Assembly (NCBI RefSeq): GCF_006345805.1
Contig: NC_043014.1
Coordinates: 806,001 to 870,000 of the forward strand
Direction: 5' to 3'
Length of the DNA: 64,000 nt
Origin: Octopus sinensis
Taxonomy: Eukaryota
The notes beneath the pieces were generated by a model, which saw nothing but the letters and a program-made list of their open reading frames with translations, was not told where the DNA came from and made no database searches. This document shows, one piece after another, positions 11,621-23,506 of this stretch. Position 1 is the first letter of the stretch. Each line of letters starts with the position of its first letter. A program made the translations under genes and the position numbers.

Positions 11621-12569
11621 CCATCATCTCAATTCACATGAGCAGTATTAATATTATCAACACAACTACTATTTCTACCATTATTATTTATTTAGAAGAT
11701 CTGTCACCAAATGTCTCATAATTGCAATTCAAATGGTTAGCACCGCCCACATGGCACCACATACCTCTGGACGACGACCAACCGCTTGGATACCTTCCTC
11801 CTGACCAACCCCACCGACAGTGCCTATATATATAGAAACTCGGAGCTTCACCTTCATCATCATCATCATCGTCGTCAACGTGTGTCTGTCTCTTCGTCCT
11901 GGAATTCCTCCTGACCCTTGTTGTTGTTGTGGTTGTGGTTCTATTCGGAACTCGACCCACCCCACCTTGTTCCATCATCACCCGTGCTCCAGTAAAAGAC
12001 ACTCGGTTCGGTGCCAAGAACGGTTAAGGTGGGTTCAACTTGAAATATCTCTACAACACTTCACTTCGACAGGCAGCGGCCTGCTGGCAGAGTCTCACTT
12101 CAAACCAACCTGAGAGTGAGTATGAGTGTGTAGCTTCACTCACCTATAACAAATACACATACATAACACATAAATATGTAGACATAAACACATGCTCTCA
12201 CTCCTACACTCATTTACACATGCATACGCACAAGTAATAAAGACCACACGCATTTACTAAACCATATATACACATATATACACAAGCACACGCAAAGCCT
12301 TTCACACGTGCACACATGCACTACACATAAACACACTAGCACACGTATTCACAAATACACATGCACACACACCTATACATGCACGCACACGCATTTATTT
12401 GATCTCACTCACACACGCATTTACAAAATCCCACACACATTCTTTCTCATACACACAAACACTTAAGTCATTAACACCCGTATATACTATAACTCATACA
12501 TACATATATATATATATAGGCGGTGCTCCAGCATGGCCGCAGCCAACTGACTGAAACAACAATGTGGGA

Positions 12570-12725
12570 ACCTTTACGTGGTCGCCCGACCTGCTAGAAA
12601 TTACAGCCTAATCTTTCTATAATCCCGCCCAATCGTCTGAATGAATATAAGACGTACTGGTCATGGTTGAAAGGTATTTGATGCAAGGTGCAGCCGATCG
12701 TGGCTGACCGAGGGTTAAACAACAA
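12570..12725 (-). repeat. Interspersed repeat family F
   Basis: ACGTGGTCGCCCGACCTGCTAGAAATTACAGCC is the reverse complement of the F 3' core. Confidence 0.55.
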
Positions 12726-12972
12726 TTGTATTTAGACATAGAAAAACAGTTTGCACACACACACACACACACACCCACGCTTGCATACACACATTCATTT
12801 GTTCACTGTTACACAATATTGACACTACAGTGGGCCTCTCCCTCATCTACACACACACACACACACACACGCACGTAGTGTACGTTTATGTATAGCGCGT
12901 GTACCCATGTGCACACGCAGTGTTATGTACATCGTTTTATTCTTATGTATATTGCCTCTAAAAATGCCACGA

Positions 12973-13019
<47 letters not shown>

Positions 13020-14329
13020 TAAACACACACACACACACGAGTGTTCATGTATATTTCGTGGAATATTTGCTTTTCAGGATGCCGGTCTACGTATCGCCTC
13101 TTCCCCGGTTCGTCTGTTACAGTGAAGGCACGATGGTTGGAAGGTTATTGAACTGTGCCACTGACCAGACAGTCAAGAGTTCTAACCTTGATCTAGTCAC
13201 CGTTTTGTGCTCCTAACTTAACTCTTACGTTTATCAGACATTTTAGTTGATACTAGTTATCGCGTATTTTCCAGTTGAGTGGTTAGAAATGGGAAAGCTA
13301 TTCAGCTACTGAGGCGTAAAAAAGAAAGCACACACCTTCCGTGTATAGAAATCTACGTAAAGCGAAAAAGTGTAGCAGAGATTGTGGCATGTACCATGCT
13401 TTCGCTGACTGCTTTAGGTGCCTATGTAGACCCACCATCTCGGCCCTTCTGCCCTTGACCCAGCAGAATATCGACGATGTGTCAGCTGGAGGGTGAGTGA
13501 AGGCTGCAGCCTGCACTCGACTTGTACTCATTTACTACGGAGTGAGCTGAATAAGATATACAAATGTCTGTGTTTAAGAAAAACTATCCGATCCCGGAAG
13601 GTAGACGTGTTGTTTGTAATGAAGAGAAAGCAAAGTATTATCACGAAGGAATGTGGTCCAGAAATAGTATTGGAGACCCATGGTCGCAGAATCCTCGATG
13701 TATTACTAACTTACAAGTGTGGTCCTCAATTTGACCTTCTGTATGTGATAGGAGTGGTTTGTAGCTGTGGCTATAACTTGTTTTATATGTGCAAGTTGAA
13801 TATTAATTACTTGTTGTAATTAAAGGCTTTTCCACCATGGCCATCCCATCTTTTTGTGAATTTTAGACTACATTCTCTGATGTGCCATTTTTTAAAAGAA
13901 AGTATGATGTGATTGGAGTGAGTTTAGCCATTTCTAACAGGTTCAGTGACCACATAAACCAGTGTCTCCCAAGCTTTTCCCTACCAATGATCCCCTTTTT
14001 ATTTAAATGAAGTGTCCCACAGTTTCGGAAAGGTTTTACTCAACACCTTTTAAACTTAGCTCATGGGGGAGCCTTCGGGAGTTTACAGATTGTTGGCTTA
14101 TTAGATGTGATGTAGAATGTTTGTGGAGGTTGTAGCAGAGTCCCTGATATTTATAAAGGACCCTTGCATTTTCTATAAGTGCATGTGGCATAAGGATAGC
14201 CTTTTCTTGCTGTGGCTGCAACAGGGGCCTATGATATTAAGGACCGTTGCACATTCAAGGTTAGTGACTGAGCTGAGATCTGAAAAGTCCTACCATAAGG
14301 GGAATCAATGCTGCAGTTACCGATTTAGG

Positions 14330-14990
14330 TGATCAATATTTAAAAATCGTTCCACTCCATCGTTCGATGAATATAAATGGAAGGAAGAGAGTTTACTAAG
14401 GTATCTGATTGAGGGATGAAGTGGAAGGTGGTAGAAAGAAAATGACAAAAGTGAGAGTGGGTGGTTTAATGTGGTTTCAATTGATATGAAGATGTGGGAC
14501 CACTTGTATTATATTTCTGGGGACAAAACTTACAAGGGATATTTTGGTAAAGAAACAACTTGTCATTGTCAATCCTGAGAAATTTGTGGACAGTTCTAAC
14601 ATTTATGATTGATTCATGAAAATTTCAGGTGAGGGACTCGGAAACTGTTGATAAAATCGATTAGGGACCCTTCTTTTATTTTACAAATTAAAGGAGGAAG
14701 TGAAATGTTAAGGGCCTTTGTAGGCCTCCACACTCATTAGTTTGGTTAACATCCAACCTCAAAATCTGCCAATAAAATGTTGCTGAAGAGGCAAACAGAA
14801 GTTTGAATGAATGCTTGCAACAGAATGAACTCTAATCAAGGCTACCCAAGCATCAGGTGGTGATAGGCCAAGCATCATCAAGAATTTCTGCAAAGTTGAT
14901 CTCTGTCTGAGCATTGTACTTATTATGTCAACTAAGTTGGGGACACTCCCCCACCCTTTATGTTTATAAAATGTATCTCAACAATTTGGT
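14330..14990 (-). mobile_element. Possible Penelope-like element remnant (decayed RT plus terminal repeat)
   Basis: Weak minus-strand RT-like peptides; 14893-14990 is a direct repeat of 16335-16429. Confidence 0.35.
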
Positions 14991-15185
14991 CCTCATTCAG
15001 ATTCTGTGAATGTAAATTTGAAAGTTAACACAATTAAGTGTAAAGTGTTAGCAGAGGGTGACCGCAGGAAGTGACTTGCTTCAGTGTGAAAGACTATTAT
15101 GCAGGACTTGAGTGCTTTACAGTAAAAACTGGATACAAAAAGGGGAAACTGAAATTTATGGGAGAGTCAACCTAGCTAAAACCAA

Positions 15186-16206
15186 GCAAAGTTCAGAGAG
15201 CTCTTACCTCTGCTGGTGACAAAAGGCCTCTCGCCCAGAGTAAAAAGCAGACTGTATGACGCATGTGTACGAACAGCCATGCTACATGGCAGTGAAACAT
15301 GGGCCGTGACTGCTGAGGACATGCGTAAGCTTGCAAGAAATGAAGCCAGTATGCTCCGATGGATGTGTAATTGACTGAGTGTAAGTGCCGTGAGAGAAAA
15401 GCTGGACCTAAGAAGCATCAGTTGTGGTGTGCAAGAGAGACGTCTACGCTGGTATGGACACGTGGTAAGAATGGATGAAGATAGTTGTGTGAAAAAGTGC
15501 CACACCCTAGCGGTTGAGGGAACCTGTGGAAGAGGTAGACCCAGGAAAACCTGGGATGAGGTGGTGAAGCACGACCTTTGCTCTTTAGGTCTCACCGAAG
15601 AAATGACCAGAGACCAAGACCTTTGGAGATATGCTGTGCATGAGAAGACCCGGCAGGACAAGTGAGGCCATAACCCGTGGCCCCTACCTGGGACGTAGTC
15701 AGTCCACCTGTGCATACCTTCCTTCTTGGGACACATAACTCTACTTGTGAAGACCTGTTGAGGCAAGTGAAAATCAAAAAATCGAATTGAAATCGATCAA
15801 CATCAATGGAATTTGTAGTTTGTGGTACCAGTGCGGGGGCACATAAGAGAACCATCTGAACGTGGCCGTAGCCAGCACCGCGTCGACTGGCCTCCGTGCT
15901 GGTGGCACGTAACAAACACCATCCGATTGTGGCCGTGCCAGCCTCGCCTGGCTTCCGTGCCGGTGGCACGTAAAAAGCACCATCCGAGCGTGGCCGTTCG
16001 CCAGCCTCGTCTGGCACCTGTGTCGGTGGCACATAAAAAGCACCCACTATACTCACGGAGTGATTGGTGTTAGGAAGGGCATCCAGCTGTAGAAACACTG
16101 CCAGATCTGACTGGGCCTGGTGCAGCCTTCGGGTTTCCCAGAACCCAGTTGAATCGTCCAACCCATGCTAGCATGGAAAGCAGACGTTAAACGATGATGA
16201 TGATGA
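15186..16206 (+). mobile_element. RTE LINE, 5'-truncated (C-terminal domain and 3' UTR)
   Basis: Translates to AKFRELLPLLVTKGLSPRVKSRLYDACVRTAMLHGSETW..RLRWYGHVVRMDEDSCVKKC..GRGRPRKTWDEVVKHDL; 3' UTR has tandem GGTGGCACGTAAAAAGCACC units and a (GAT)n tail. Confidence 0.92.
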
Positions 16207-16334
16207 ACAAAAGTATTGAGATTGCTAATGATTTGATTGGTTTTTGATGAAGGCTGTAGAGTGGTTGGGGATCTTAAAAATACCCAGGTAATATAATTAA
16301 TGTGGAGGAGGCTGGAATTATAAATAACAGAGTG

Positions 16335-17100
16335 AAGTTGATCCCTGCATCGTACTTATTGTGTCAACCAAGTTGAGGACACTCCCCCACCCTTTTGTTT
16401 TTATATAAAATGTATCTCAACAATTTGGTTTGAGGCTGGAGAGAAGAAGATTAGAGAAATGTTGCGCCTTTCTCTGTAGAAATGGTAAAATATGAGACTT
16501 GTTCTGTGATGTCGTCTGGCACTGGTTGTGGAGAAGATTTATAACTGCAGAACGATAACTTGTATTCTTTTGCTGTGTATGAAATGTTGATTTTGGAGGA
16601 AGTCGATGAAGTTTGTTAAGAAAGACTGAATATCAAGAAATTATTTTGTTGTGCAAAGGAATGAAAGCCTGTCACCATATTGGAATTTAGATGGGAGTGA
16701 AAGGGAGACTCTTGAATTGGGGGTTGATGTAATGAGGAGCTGAGAGGGTGTATATAGCTAGGTATTGGGGTGTAAGGAGGAGCTGAGAGGGTGTATATAT
16801 AGCTAGGTGTTGAGGTGTAAGGAGGAGCTGAGAGGGTGTATATATAGCTAGGTGTTGAGGTGTAAGGAAGTGCTTAGAGGGTGTATATATAGCTAGGTGT
16901 TGAGGTGTAAGGAGGAGCTGTGAAGTGATAGTTTGGGATAAAGTGGAGAGGTTTGGGATGTAGAGGAATCAGAAATTGGAAGGAATTAGTGAGGTCACAG
17001 TTTTGGATCTAATAACAAGGTCGTAAGGCTTAAATAGGGTGCTGCTAACCAAAATACACTTAGACAAGACCCTGTAAATCTGACCTGCAACATCTTGGAA
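16335..17100 (-). mobile_element. Penelope-like element 3' remnant (decayed GIY-YIG region)
   Basis: Frameshifted minus-strand peptides FLCTTK*FLDI and RERR..LIFF..LKPN resemble the F.CT..N.IY and RE..WI..L.TL.P.GLN motifs of Penelope GIY-YIG endonucleases; followed by a terminal direct repeat. Confidence 0.45.
16734..16920. repeat. 43-45 bp tandem repeat, 4 units
   Basis: Unit GAGCTGAGAGGGTGTATATATAGCTAGGTGTTGAGGTGTAAGGAG starting at 16737, 16780, 16825, 16870. Confidence 0.95.
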
Positions 17101-17159
17101 AAGACATTGTGCTGGTATTATATACCATGCAAAGTGTATAGGTATAGATCTATGTTTGT

Positions 17160-17400
17160 ATATAATTCTGTATATTCATTTGATGGCTGTAAATGAGTGT
17201 CACTGTCATGCATGCAGTGTCATTTGCCTCCAGCCTTGTGTGGAAACCTGTCTGGTCCTGGGAAAATATTACCTTGACTGGAAACAGGTGTGGGGTGGTG
17301 ACAGGAAGGGCATCCAGCCATTGACTGTCTGCCTCAACAAATTTTGTCCAACCTATGTGGCCATAGAAAAGGGGATAATAAGATGATGATGATGATGATA
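17160..17400 (+). mobile_element. RTE-tailed SINE body (type H), headless
   Basis: GGCTGTAAATGAGTGTCAC..GGAAAATATTACCTTG body followed by the RTE-like GGAAGGGCATCCAGCC..(GAT)n tail; same body at 20665-20935 (-) and behind a family A head at 23235. Confidence 0.65.
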
Positions 17401-17529
17401 GTACTGTCCCTTCGTCATATTTAAACCTCTCAACACCTGGCATAAAACCACTTCCTTCATCACAACACTCACTCCATCCTCTCAGTTAAAATGGTCTTCT
17501 CTTGTGAGTTACTGAGCAACCTGAATAGT

Positions 17530-17727
17530 ACCAGTTCCACAGAAAAGCATATTAGACATTCTGTAATGTAGTTGGCGTTAGGAAGGGCCTCCAGCCATAG
17601 AAACCAGGCCAAATGAAGCATTGGGGCTTGGCCCAGTCTTCTGGTTCATTAGACCATGTTGAACCCTCTAACTCTTACCAACATGGAAGATGGACTTTAA
17701 ATGGTTATTATGATGATGATGATGATG
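17530..17727 (+). mobile_element. RTE 3' tail fragment
   Basis: GTTGGCGTTAGGAAGGGC..CATGGAAG..(GAT)n. Confidence 0.75.
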
Positions 17728-17887
17728 TAGTCTTGAATTAATTCGTTTGTTGTGTGTGTGTGTGTGTGTGTGTGTGGAGTTTTAGAGCTTATTTTGCGTG
17801 GGCACCTGCCAGGTGGCAAGGTTGTAATGAAAAGAAATTAAGATCAAAAGTATAAATAAAAAATAAGGATTGGTGGGTAGTCTGGGT

Positions 17888-18025
17888 TCATCATCATCGT
17901 TTAAACATCCGCTTTCCATGCTGGCATGGGTTGGACAGTTTGAGCCAGGAGGCTGAACCAGGCTCCAATCTGATCTGGTAAGGTTTCTACAGCTGGATGC
18001 CCTTCCTAACGCCAACCACTCTGGA
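17888..18025 (-). mobile_element. RTE 3' tail fragment
   Basis: (CAT)nCGTTTAAACATCCGCTTTCCATGCTGGCATGGGTTGG..GCCCTTCCTAACGCCAACC. Confidence 0.85.
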
Positions 18026-18499
18026 ACCACTTAGGCGTCTATTCCTCATTCTCAGTATCATCCCTTTGCCATTTCCTTTTCCACAGATCACCCTCTCTCC
18101 CTGCCACCAGTTATTCCTCTCCTTTTCTCTTGATCCGTATCTTACAAGTGTCATTCCTCATTCTTAACACCTTCTCTCTGCTCTCATCCTCAACTCCCTT
18201 TCGTATGTGCTGTCGACATCCCAGTCACTTGACTCCACTCAAAATAGTTACTACAATGTTGCTCTGACTCTCTCTCTGCCTGACTTTGTCTCTCAACAAC
18301 ACATTCAGCCCATGCCAGCATGGAAAACGGTTGATATAAGATGATGGTGATGATGATTATCTTCCTCATCATATATCTAGTTTGGTGATGTTCAGATGTG
18401 GGTGAGGTGTGTTTCAACCTACACTGAGAGACAGCTACCAGCAATGATGTTGTTTGTAGCAGAATTGCAACAGGTGACGTTTGGTGACCTTCTCGGTCA

Positions 18500-19830
18500 A
18501 CAAATCATTTGTTAATTCTGCACTTACAAATTCTTCTAGAATAATAAAAAAAAATCCCTTTCTTGGAGATAACATAGGATCCGTTTAGATCTATAGGGAA
18601 GGCCTCAGAAATTCTGAGTTTAAACCATATCGCATCAGGAATTAGAATAAAAGGGATGTTGTGATTGACAAGATAAAGAAGGAAGATGTAGGAAGTTGCT
18701 GGGCTCAGTGGAGTTGACTGTGTTGCTTGGACATAGCAGCAAATAGGACAGAGGGAACTTTGGTCATGGGAGATGACCAGAACCTTTTTTTTTCCTTTTT
18801 TGGTTCACTCCATGTACAATATGTTTCCTAGTCCTCTGTTGGAAAATAGAGGTAAGTGACTTGTGGCATATGTGGAAAGATACATATTCTCCAGTTGTCC
18901 ACAAGATACACATGACAGCAAAATCAAGTGTTGAGAGTACAAAGAATAGTGGATAATGTAGCAGAGGAGAGGCTGAAGAGAATTAATAATGGTGAGCGAC
19001 TAGAAATATTGAGGAATAGAGTTTGAAGAAGAAGACTAATTCAGAGTAGGAGAGGACATAGCAGTTTTCAGTTGACCCTGATGCTAAATATTGCTTTCTC
19101 CCTTTCTAAAGTGAAAAGATCTCATCAAATGATGAAAGGAAAATGAAGGTGGAAGAAGCGGTGGAGAAAGGATACACCATTGTCATAAGCTGCAGATAAA
19201 AGGGAGCCAATATATTTAGCTGAAAAGAGACGGTGATTGAAAAGGTTTGTTCCATAAGGTAGAACATTAAGGTTGACACAGAGATATAGGGATCGGTCAT
19301 GTGTGATGAAACCAAATTTGTCCTGATGTCCAGTTGTCTTATTATCTTCATCAGTGGGTATCCTGAGGCAGGTAGTTCTGGAGTTGTGGTTGAAGGGGCC
19401 AAAACACCAACAGGGAATTGTTGCTGCCTGGCGAGACGTTGATTCTTATATTTTGAGATGGAATAAAGCAGGATCCTCTGCATGCAAGTCTTTTAGTCTG
19501 ATTGAAAACCTGCAAAAGAATTGTGAAGATCTGAGAAGTGGAAGCACTGAATGGAGTCCAGTGGTGAAGTTCTTGCTATGAAGGCATCTCTGACTCTGAG
19601 GCAGCCATGATCTACACCCTGAAGGAGGAACCAACCCAGGGTAGAGCAGTGTTCTATCTACCTCGAAATGACTGAGACTACTCTTGCAATGTCTGCAACC
19701 AGATCTGCAAATCCTGGGTAGCTTTGTATTCCCACATGGGGCCAAATGGCAAAACATGCAACTGAGAACACTTTGTCTAACTGAACTCTCATTCATCAAA
19801 GGGACGAGAATTTCCAACAACAATATATAT
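18500..19830 (-). mobile_element. Highly decayed CR1/L2-like LINE RT region
   Basis: Collinear but degenerate minus-strand peptides resembling NYRPI, GFR.GRST and LDISKAFD; many stops and frameshifts. Confidence 0.35.
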
Positions 19831-19881
19831 CTTCAACATCATCATTTAATGGTAATTTTTTTATGCCGGCATGGGTTAGAT

Positions 19882-20000
19882 CAGTGATCCTTAACCCATT
19901 TCTTTTACTTATGGACCCTTTTGATTCCTATTTTACTCAGGTGGACCCCCATAGCCAATTGATATTTAAAAAATCCAATTATGTTTATATAATTAAATAC
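19882..20000 (+). mobile_element. Possible hAT (Charlie-like) left end
   Basis: Starts CAGTGATCCTTAACC, interrupting an RTE tail fragment (19836-19881); no matching right end found. Confidence 0.3.
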
Positions 20001-20410
20001 AGGCTTGTACCCCAGAGGGGAACTTTCTAGGTGCAATTCCATGGCCATTCATGACCGAAGGGGTCTTTACCGTTACCCTATTCTCTATCCAAAATAATAG
20101 GATTTTTTCCATTCTTTCAACTTTGACACTTATGTCTGTATGGTGGGTGTTTTAAAATTGTTGCAGATCTCGTGTTTCTGCTGGCTGTCACTTCTTCATT
20201 TCTTTTAAACGTTCCCACTTGACCCCTTCGTATCAAAGGGTTTCGCTGTTCCTGCTGAACTTTTCCTTTCCAGTTTCAAGTTGATTTCATTAATTAACAT
20301 TGAATATTAATTTATTTATTTCCATTTTCAGTAAAATCAACTTTCTTAACTTTTGAAACTCTATTATCTGATTTTTCTTATAAAAAATATATAAAGTATT
20401 TCTAGCATAT

Positions 20411-20476
20411 GTATATAGGGTTAGGGTATATATGGGGTATAGGGTATAGGGTTAGGGTATATATAGGGTTAGTGTA
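20411..20476. repeat. Degenerate TTAGGG/TATAGGG repeat
   Basis: ATAGGGTTAGGGTATATATGGGGTATAGGGTATAGGGTTAGGG. Confidence 0.75.
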
Positions 20477-20664
20477 TTAATGAGGGGAAAAAATGAGCTG
20501 AGAATAAGATAAGAGGGAAATGGAAGACTGGAATGGAAACTGTGTGAAGGCTCTCCACATAAAGGACGGAAAAGAAAAATACTTGGAGCAAAACCCAGAC
20601 TGGAAATTACTCAATATATACACACATATACACATACACATATACACACACTTATATGTTGTCA

Positions 20665-20935
20665 TCATCATCATTTTTTAACATCCACTTTTCCATGCTA
20701 GCATGGTTCAGACAAAATTTGTTGAGGCAGATTTGTCATGGCTGGATGCCCTTCCTGTTGGCAATCCTCACTTGTTTCCAAGCAAAGTAATATTTCACCC
20801 CTGGGCCAGACATGTTTTTCACAGAAGATTTGAAATAAATGGCACTTTTTGTATGATGATGATGATGATCATTTACAACGATCACAAAATGTCCAGACAA
20901 GGAGACACAAACACACACACACACACACACATATA
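20665..20935 (-). mobile_element. RTE-tailed SINE (type H)
   Basis: Reverse complement of the 17160-17400 body and tail. Confidence 0.7.
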
Positions 20936-21562
20936 TCATCATCGTTAACGTTCGTTTTCCATGCTGGCATGGGTTGGACAGTTTGACCGGGGTCTGGGAA
21001 GCCAGAAGGCTGTACCAGGCTCCATTCTGATCTGGCAGTGTTTCTACAGCTGGATGCCCTTCCTAATGCCAACCACTCCGTGAGTGTAGTGGGTGCTTTT
21101 TACGTGCCACCGGCACAGGTGCCAGGGGAGGCTGGTAGTGGCCACAATTGGTTGGTACTTTTTACATGCCACCAGCACAGAAGCCAGTCAAGGCCACGCT
21201 GGCATCGGCCACATTCGGATATTGCTTCTTACATGTCACCGGCACAGGTATCACAACTACAGTTTACATTTTTCATTTTGAATGTTGATGTACTTGACTC
21301 AATAGGTCTCCTCAAGCACTGCAGGTTGCCCTATGATCCAAGGTAAGCACAGCAAGCCATCCTGCGATCCAAGGCACTTTGGATAGGCTGGGGTTTCTAT
21401 GTGAAGCTGGTGCAAGAAACAGCCATGAACTCACATTTGTCGGGTCTTTGCAGTCACAGCGTATCTCCAGAGGTCTCGGTCTTTTGTCATTGCTCCTGTG
21501 AGACTGAATGTTTGAAGATCATGCTTGACCACCTCATCCCATGTCTTCCTGGGTCTACCTCT
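20935..21562 (-). mobile_element. RTE LINE 3' end
   Basis: Minus strand encodes RGRPRKTWDEVVKHDLQTFSLT..MTKDRDLWRYAV, then the 3' UTR and (GAT)n tail. Confidence 0.88.
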
Positions 21563-22012
21563 ATATAAATCATCATCATTTAACGTCTGTTTTTCCTTTG
21601 CTGGTATGGATTAGATATACTTATTCATTATTCATGATTGACCCCTCTTCCACCCAGGTTCATCACTCCCTGCATTCCTTCTGTCCCCATCTGCTACTCT
21701 CCTTCCACACTTTCATCAGTTCACCTACCCCAACCACCGAACCACTTCTCTTAGATTCCTCCTCCCTGTTCCTCTATCACACACCCTAAACCATCTTCAC
21801 CCTTTCCCATCTGGGGTAACCATGTATCTTCCCTACAACAGGACACCTGTTCTGGTCCCTCTGTCATACTCTAATCACTCACTATTTGGATAAAGCTACT
21901 TCCTTTGGAAGGGGTTGTCTTTAGAACTGCATTATTCCTGGCTCCACTGGACCGGAACAAGCAGACCAGTTTTCTTACTTCAGAATCAGGTCACTTTTGG
22001 AAAATTCTTTCC

Positions 22013-22195
22013 TCGTCATCATCCATCTGTTTTCCATGTTGGCATGGGTTGGATGGGGTTTGGCAGCAGCTGAAGGGCTGTTCAGGTTCCATGCCTCTGT
22101 TGTGGCAGGGTTTCTACAGCTGGATGCCCTTCCTAATGCCAACCCCTTTACTAGGTGGACTGGATGCTTTTTATGTGGCACTAACACTTGCAAGA
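22013..22195 (-). mobile_element. RTE 3' tail fragment
   Basis: TTTCCATGTTGGCATGGGTTGG..CTACAGCTGGATGCCCTTCCTAATGCCAACC. Confidence 0.8.
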
Positions 22196-22289
22196 TTAGG
22201 GATGCTCATCTGGAGAGGGTTGCAGGGATTGAACCTGTGTGCAAGGGCAACCATGCTTTTGCTTAACTTGACATTTCTTTTCAAGCACA

Positions 22290-22500
22290 GTGAACCACCA
22301 TTTGGAAATAAGAACCTGAAATTATGAACGAAGCTGATGGCATATCAAGTTGTGGTTGTTTCCATTTTACTCTGTGGTTGTGGGATGTGGACCTTGTTCC
22401 ACCGGGACACTTTGTTCTCAGTTATGAGCATCAAATGGGATGACAACGGCAACAACATTGCAATCCTTGAAGAGGCCAATGCCAACAGCATGGAGGTTAT
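22290..22500 (+). mobile_element. RTE-BovB-like LINE fragment (distinct from the main RTE family)
   Basis: FGNKNLKL*TKLMAYQVVVVSILLCGCGMWTLFHR..IKWDD..ILEEANANSME resembles the KL.VY.AVV...LLYGCETWTLYRRH domain that follows the RT. Confidence 0.6.
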
Positions 22501-22621
22501 CATCATCATCATCATCAAACATTGCCTCAGATGTGAAAGCCATGTCCACCACAGGAATAGTACCGGACTGCTACTCCATGTCCTCTTGCCAGTGCCGAAG
22601 AAACTCAGGATTGGTCAGAGA

Positions 22622-22850
22622 TTGGTAAGCTGGCAGAATCGTTAGCACACCGGGCAAAATGCTTAGCAGTATTTCATCTGTTGTTATATTCTGAGTTCAA
22701 ATTCCGCCAAGGTTGACTTTGCCTTTCATCCTTTCGGGGATGATTAAATAAGTACCAGTTATGCACTGAGGTCGATGTAATCAACTTAATCCCTTTGCCC
22801 TTGTTTGTCCCCTCTATGTTTAGCCCCCTTTGGGCAATAAAAAAATATAA
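22622..22850 (+). mobile_element. SINE family B
   Basis: Near full-length match to 26140-26369 and 46841-47070. Confidence 0.88.
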
Positions 22851-23234
22851 AGAGATCATACAGCTGCCTCGTGTAATGCTACAAAGCGCAAGTGAAACAG
22901 ACAATGAAGAGCAATGATCTTTGCCCTAAATTCTGGGAGGAGAAGAAAGGGAAACGTGGTGTGACCTCATTGAGGTTGGTGCTGGACATTTTGAAGAACA
23001 TTGAATAAATGAAGAAGTTAAACAATTGTGATGAAAGACCTGCGAATTCTAACCAAGGCCTCTGCTAACCACCAGATATGACCTCTGTGGACAATTGTTC
23101 CACATGAAAATCAGTCTTGCCAGCCATCAAAGGCACAGACAAAGAAATATTCAGAAACTAGGAGGAGCCAATGACATGTAGAGAGAGAGAGAGAGAGAAA
23201 GAAAGAAAGAGAGAGAGAGAGAGATTCAGGTGCA

Positions 23235-23500
23235 TATATGGCTATGTTGTAAGAAGTTTGCTTCCCAACCACATGGTTCTGGGTTCAATCCCACTGCATG
23301 GCACCTTGGGTAAGTGTCTTCTACTATAGCCTCAGACCAACTAAAATCTTGAGAGTGGATTTGGTTGATGGAAACAGAAAGAAATCCATCATGTGTGTGT
23401 GTATTACTGTCTCCTTGTCTTGACATCACATGGTAGCTGTAAATGTGTGTCACCATCATACATGTAGCGTTCACCATCATACATGTAGTGTTCTTCATGT
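23235..23500 (+). mobile_element. SINE with family A head and type H body
   Basis: A head (GGCTATGTTGTAAGAAGTTTGCTTCCCAACC..AAACAGAAAGAA) followed by GTCTTGACATCACATGGTAGCTGTAAATGTGTGTCACC rather than the A tail. Confidence 0.7.
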
Positions 23501-23506
23501 AGATTA

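Noticed and set aside
9389-11721. L/S/F/P-rich ORFs
   Set aside because: These are products of polypyrimidine low-complexity sequence.
14704-14740. Minus-strand CTAATGA..GGCCT-ACAA-AGGCC hairpin as a hammerhead
   Set aside because: The core is mismatched, spacing is wrong and GAAA is absent.
16734-16920. Regular repeats here and at 26875-27400 as CRISPR arrays
   Set aside because: Units are head-to-tail with no unique spacers, there are no cas genes, and the context is eukaryotic.
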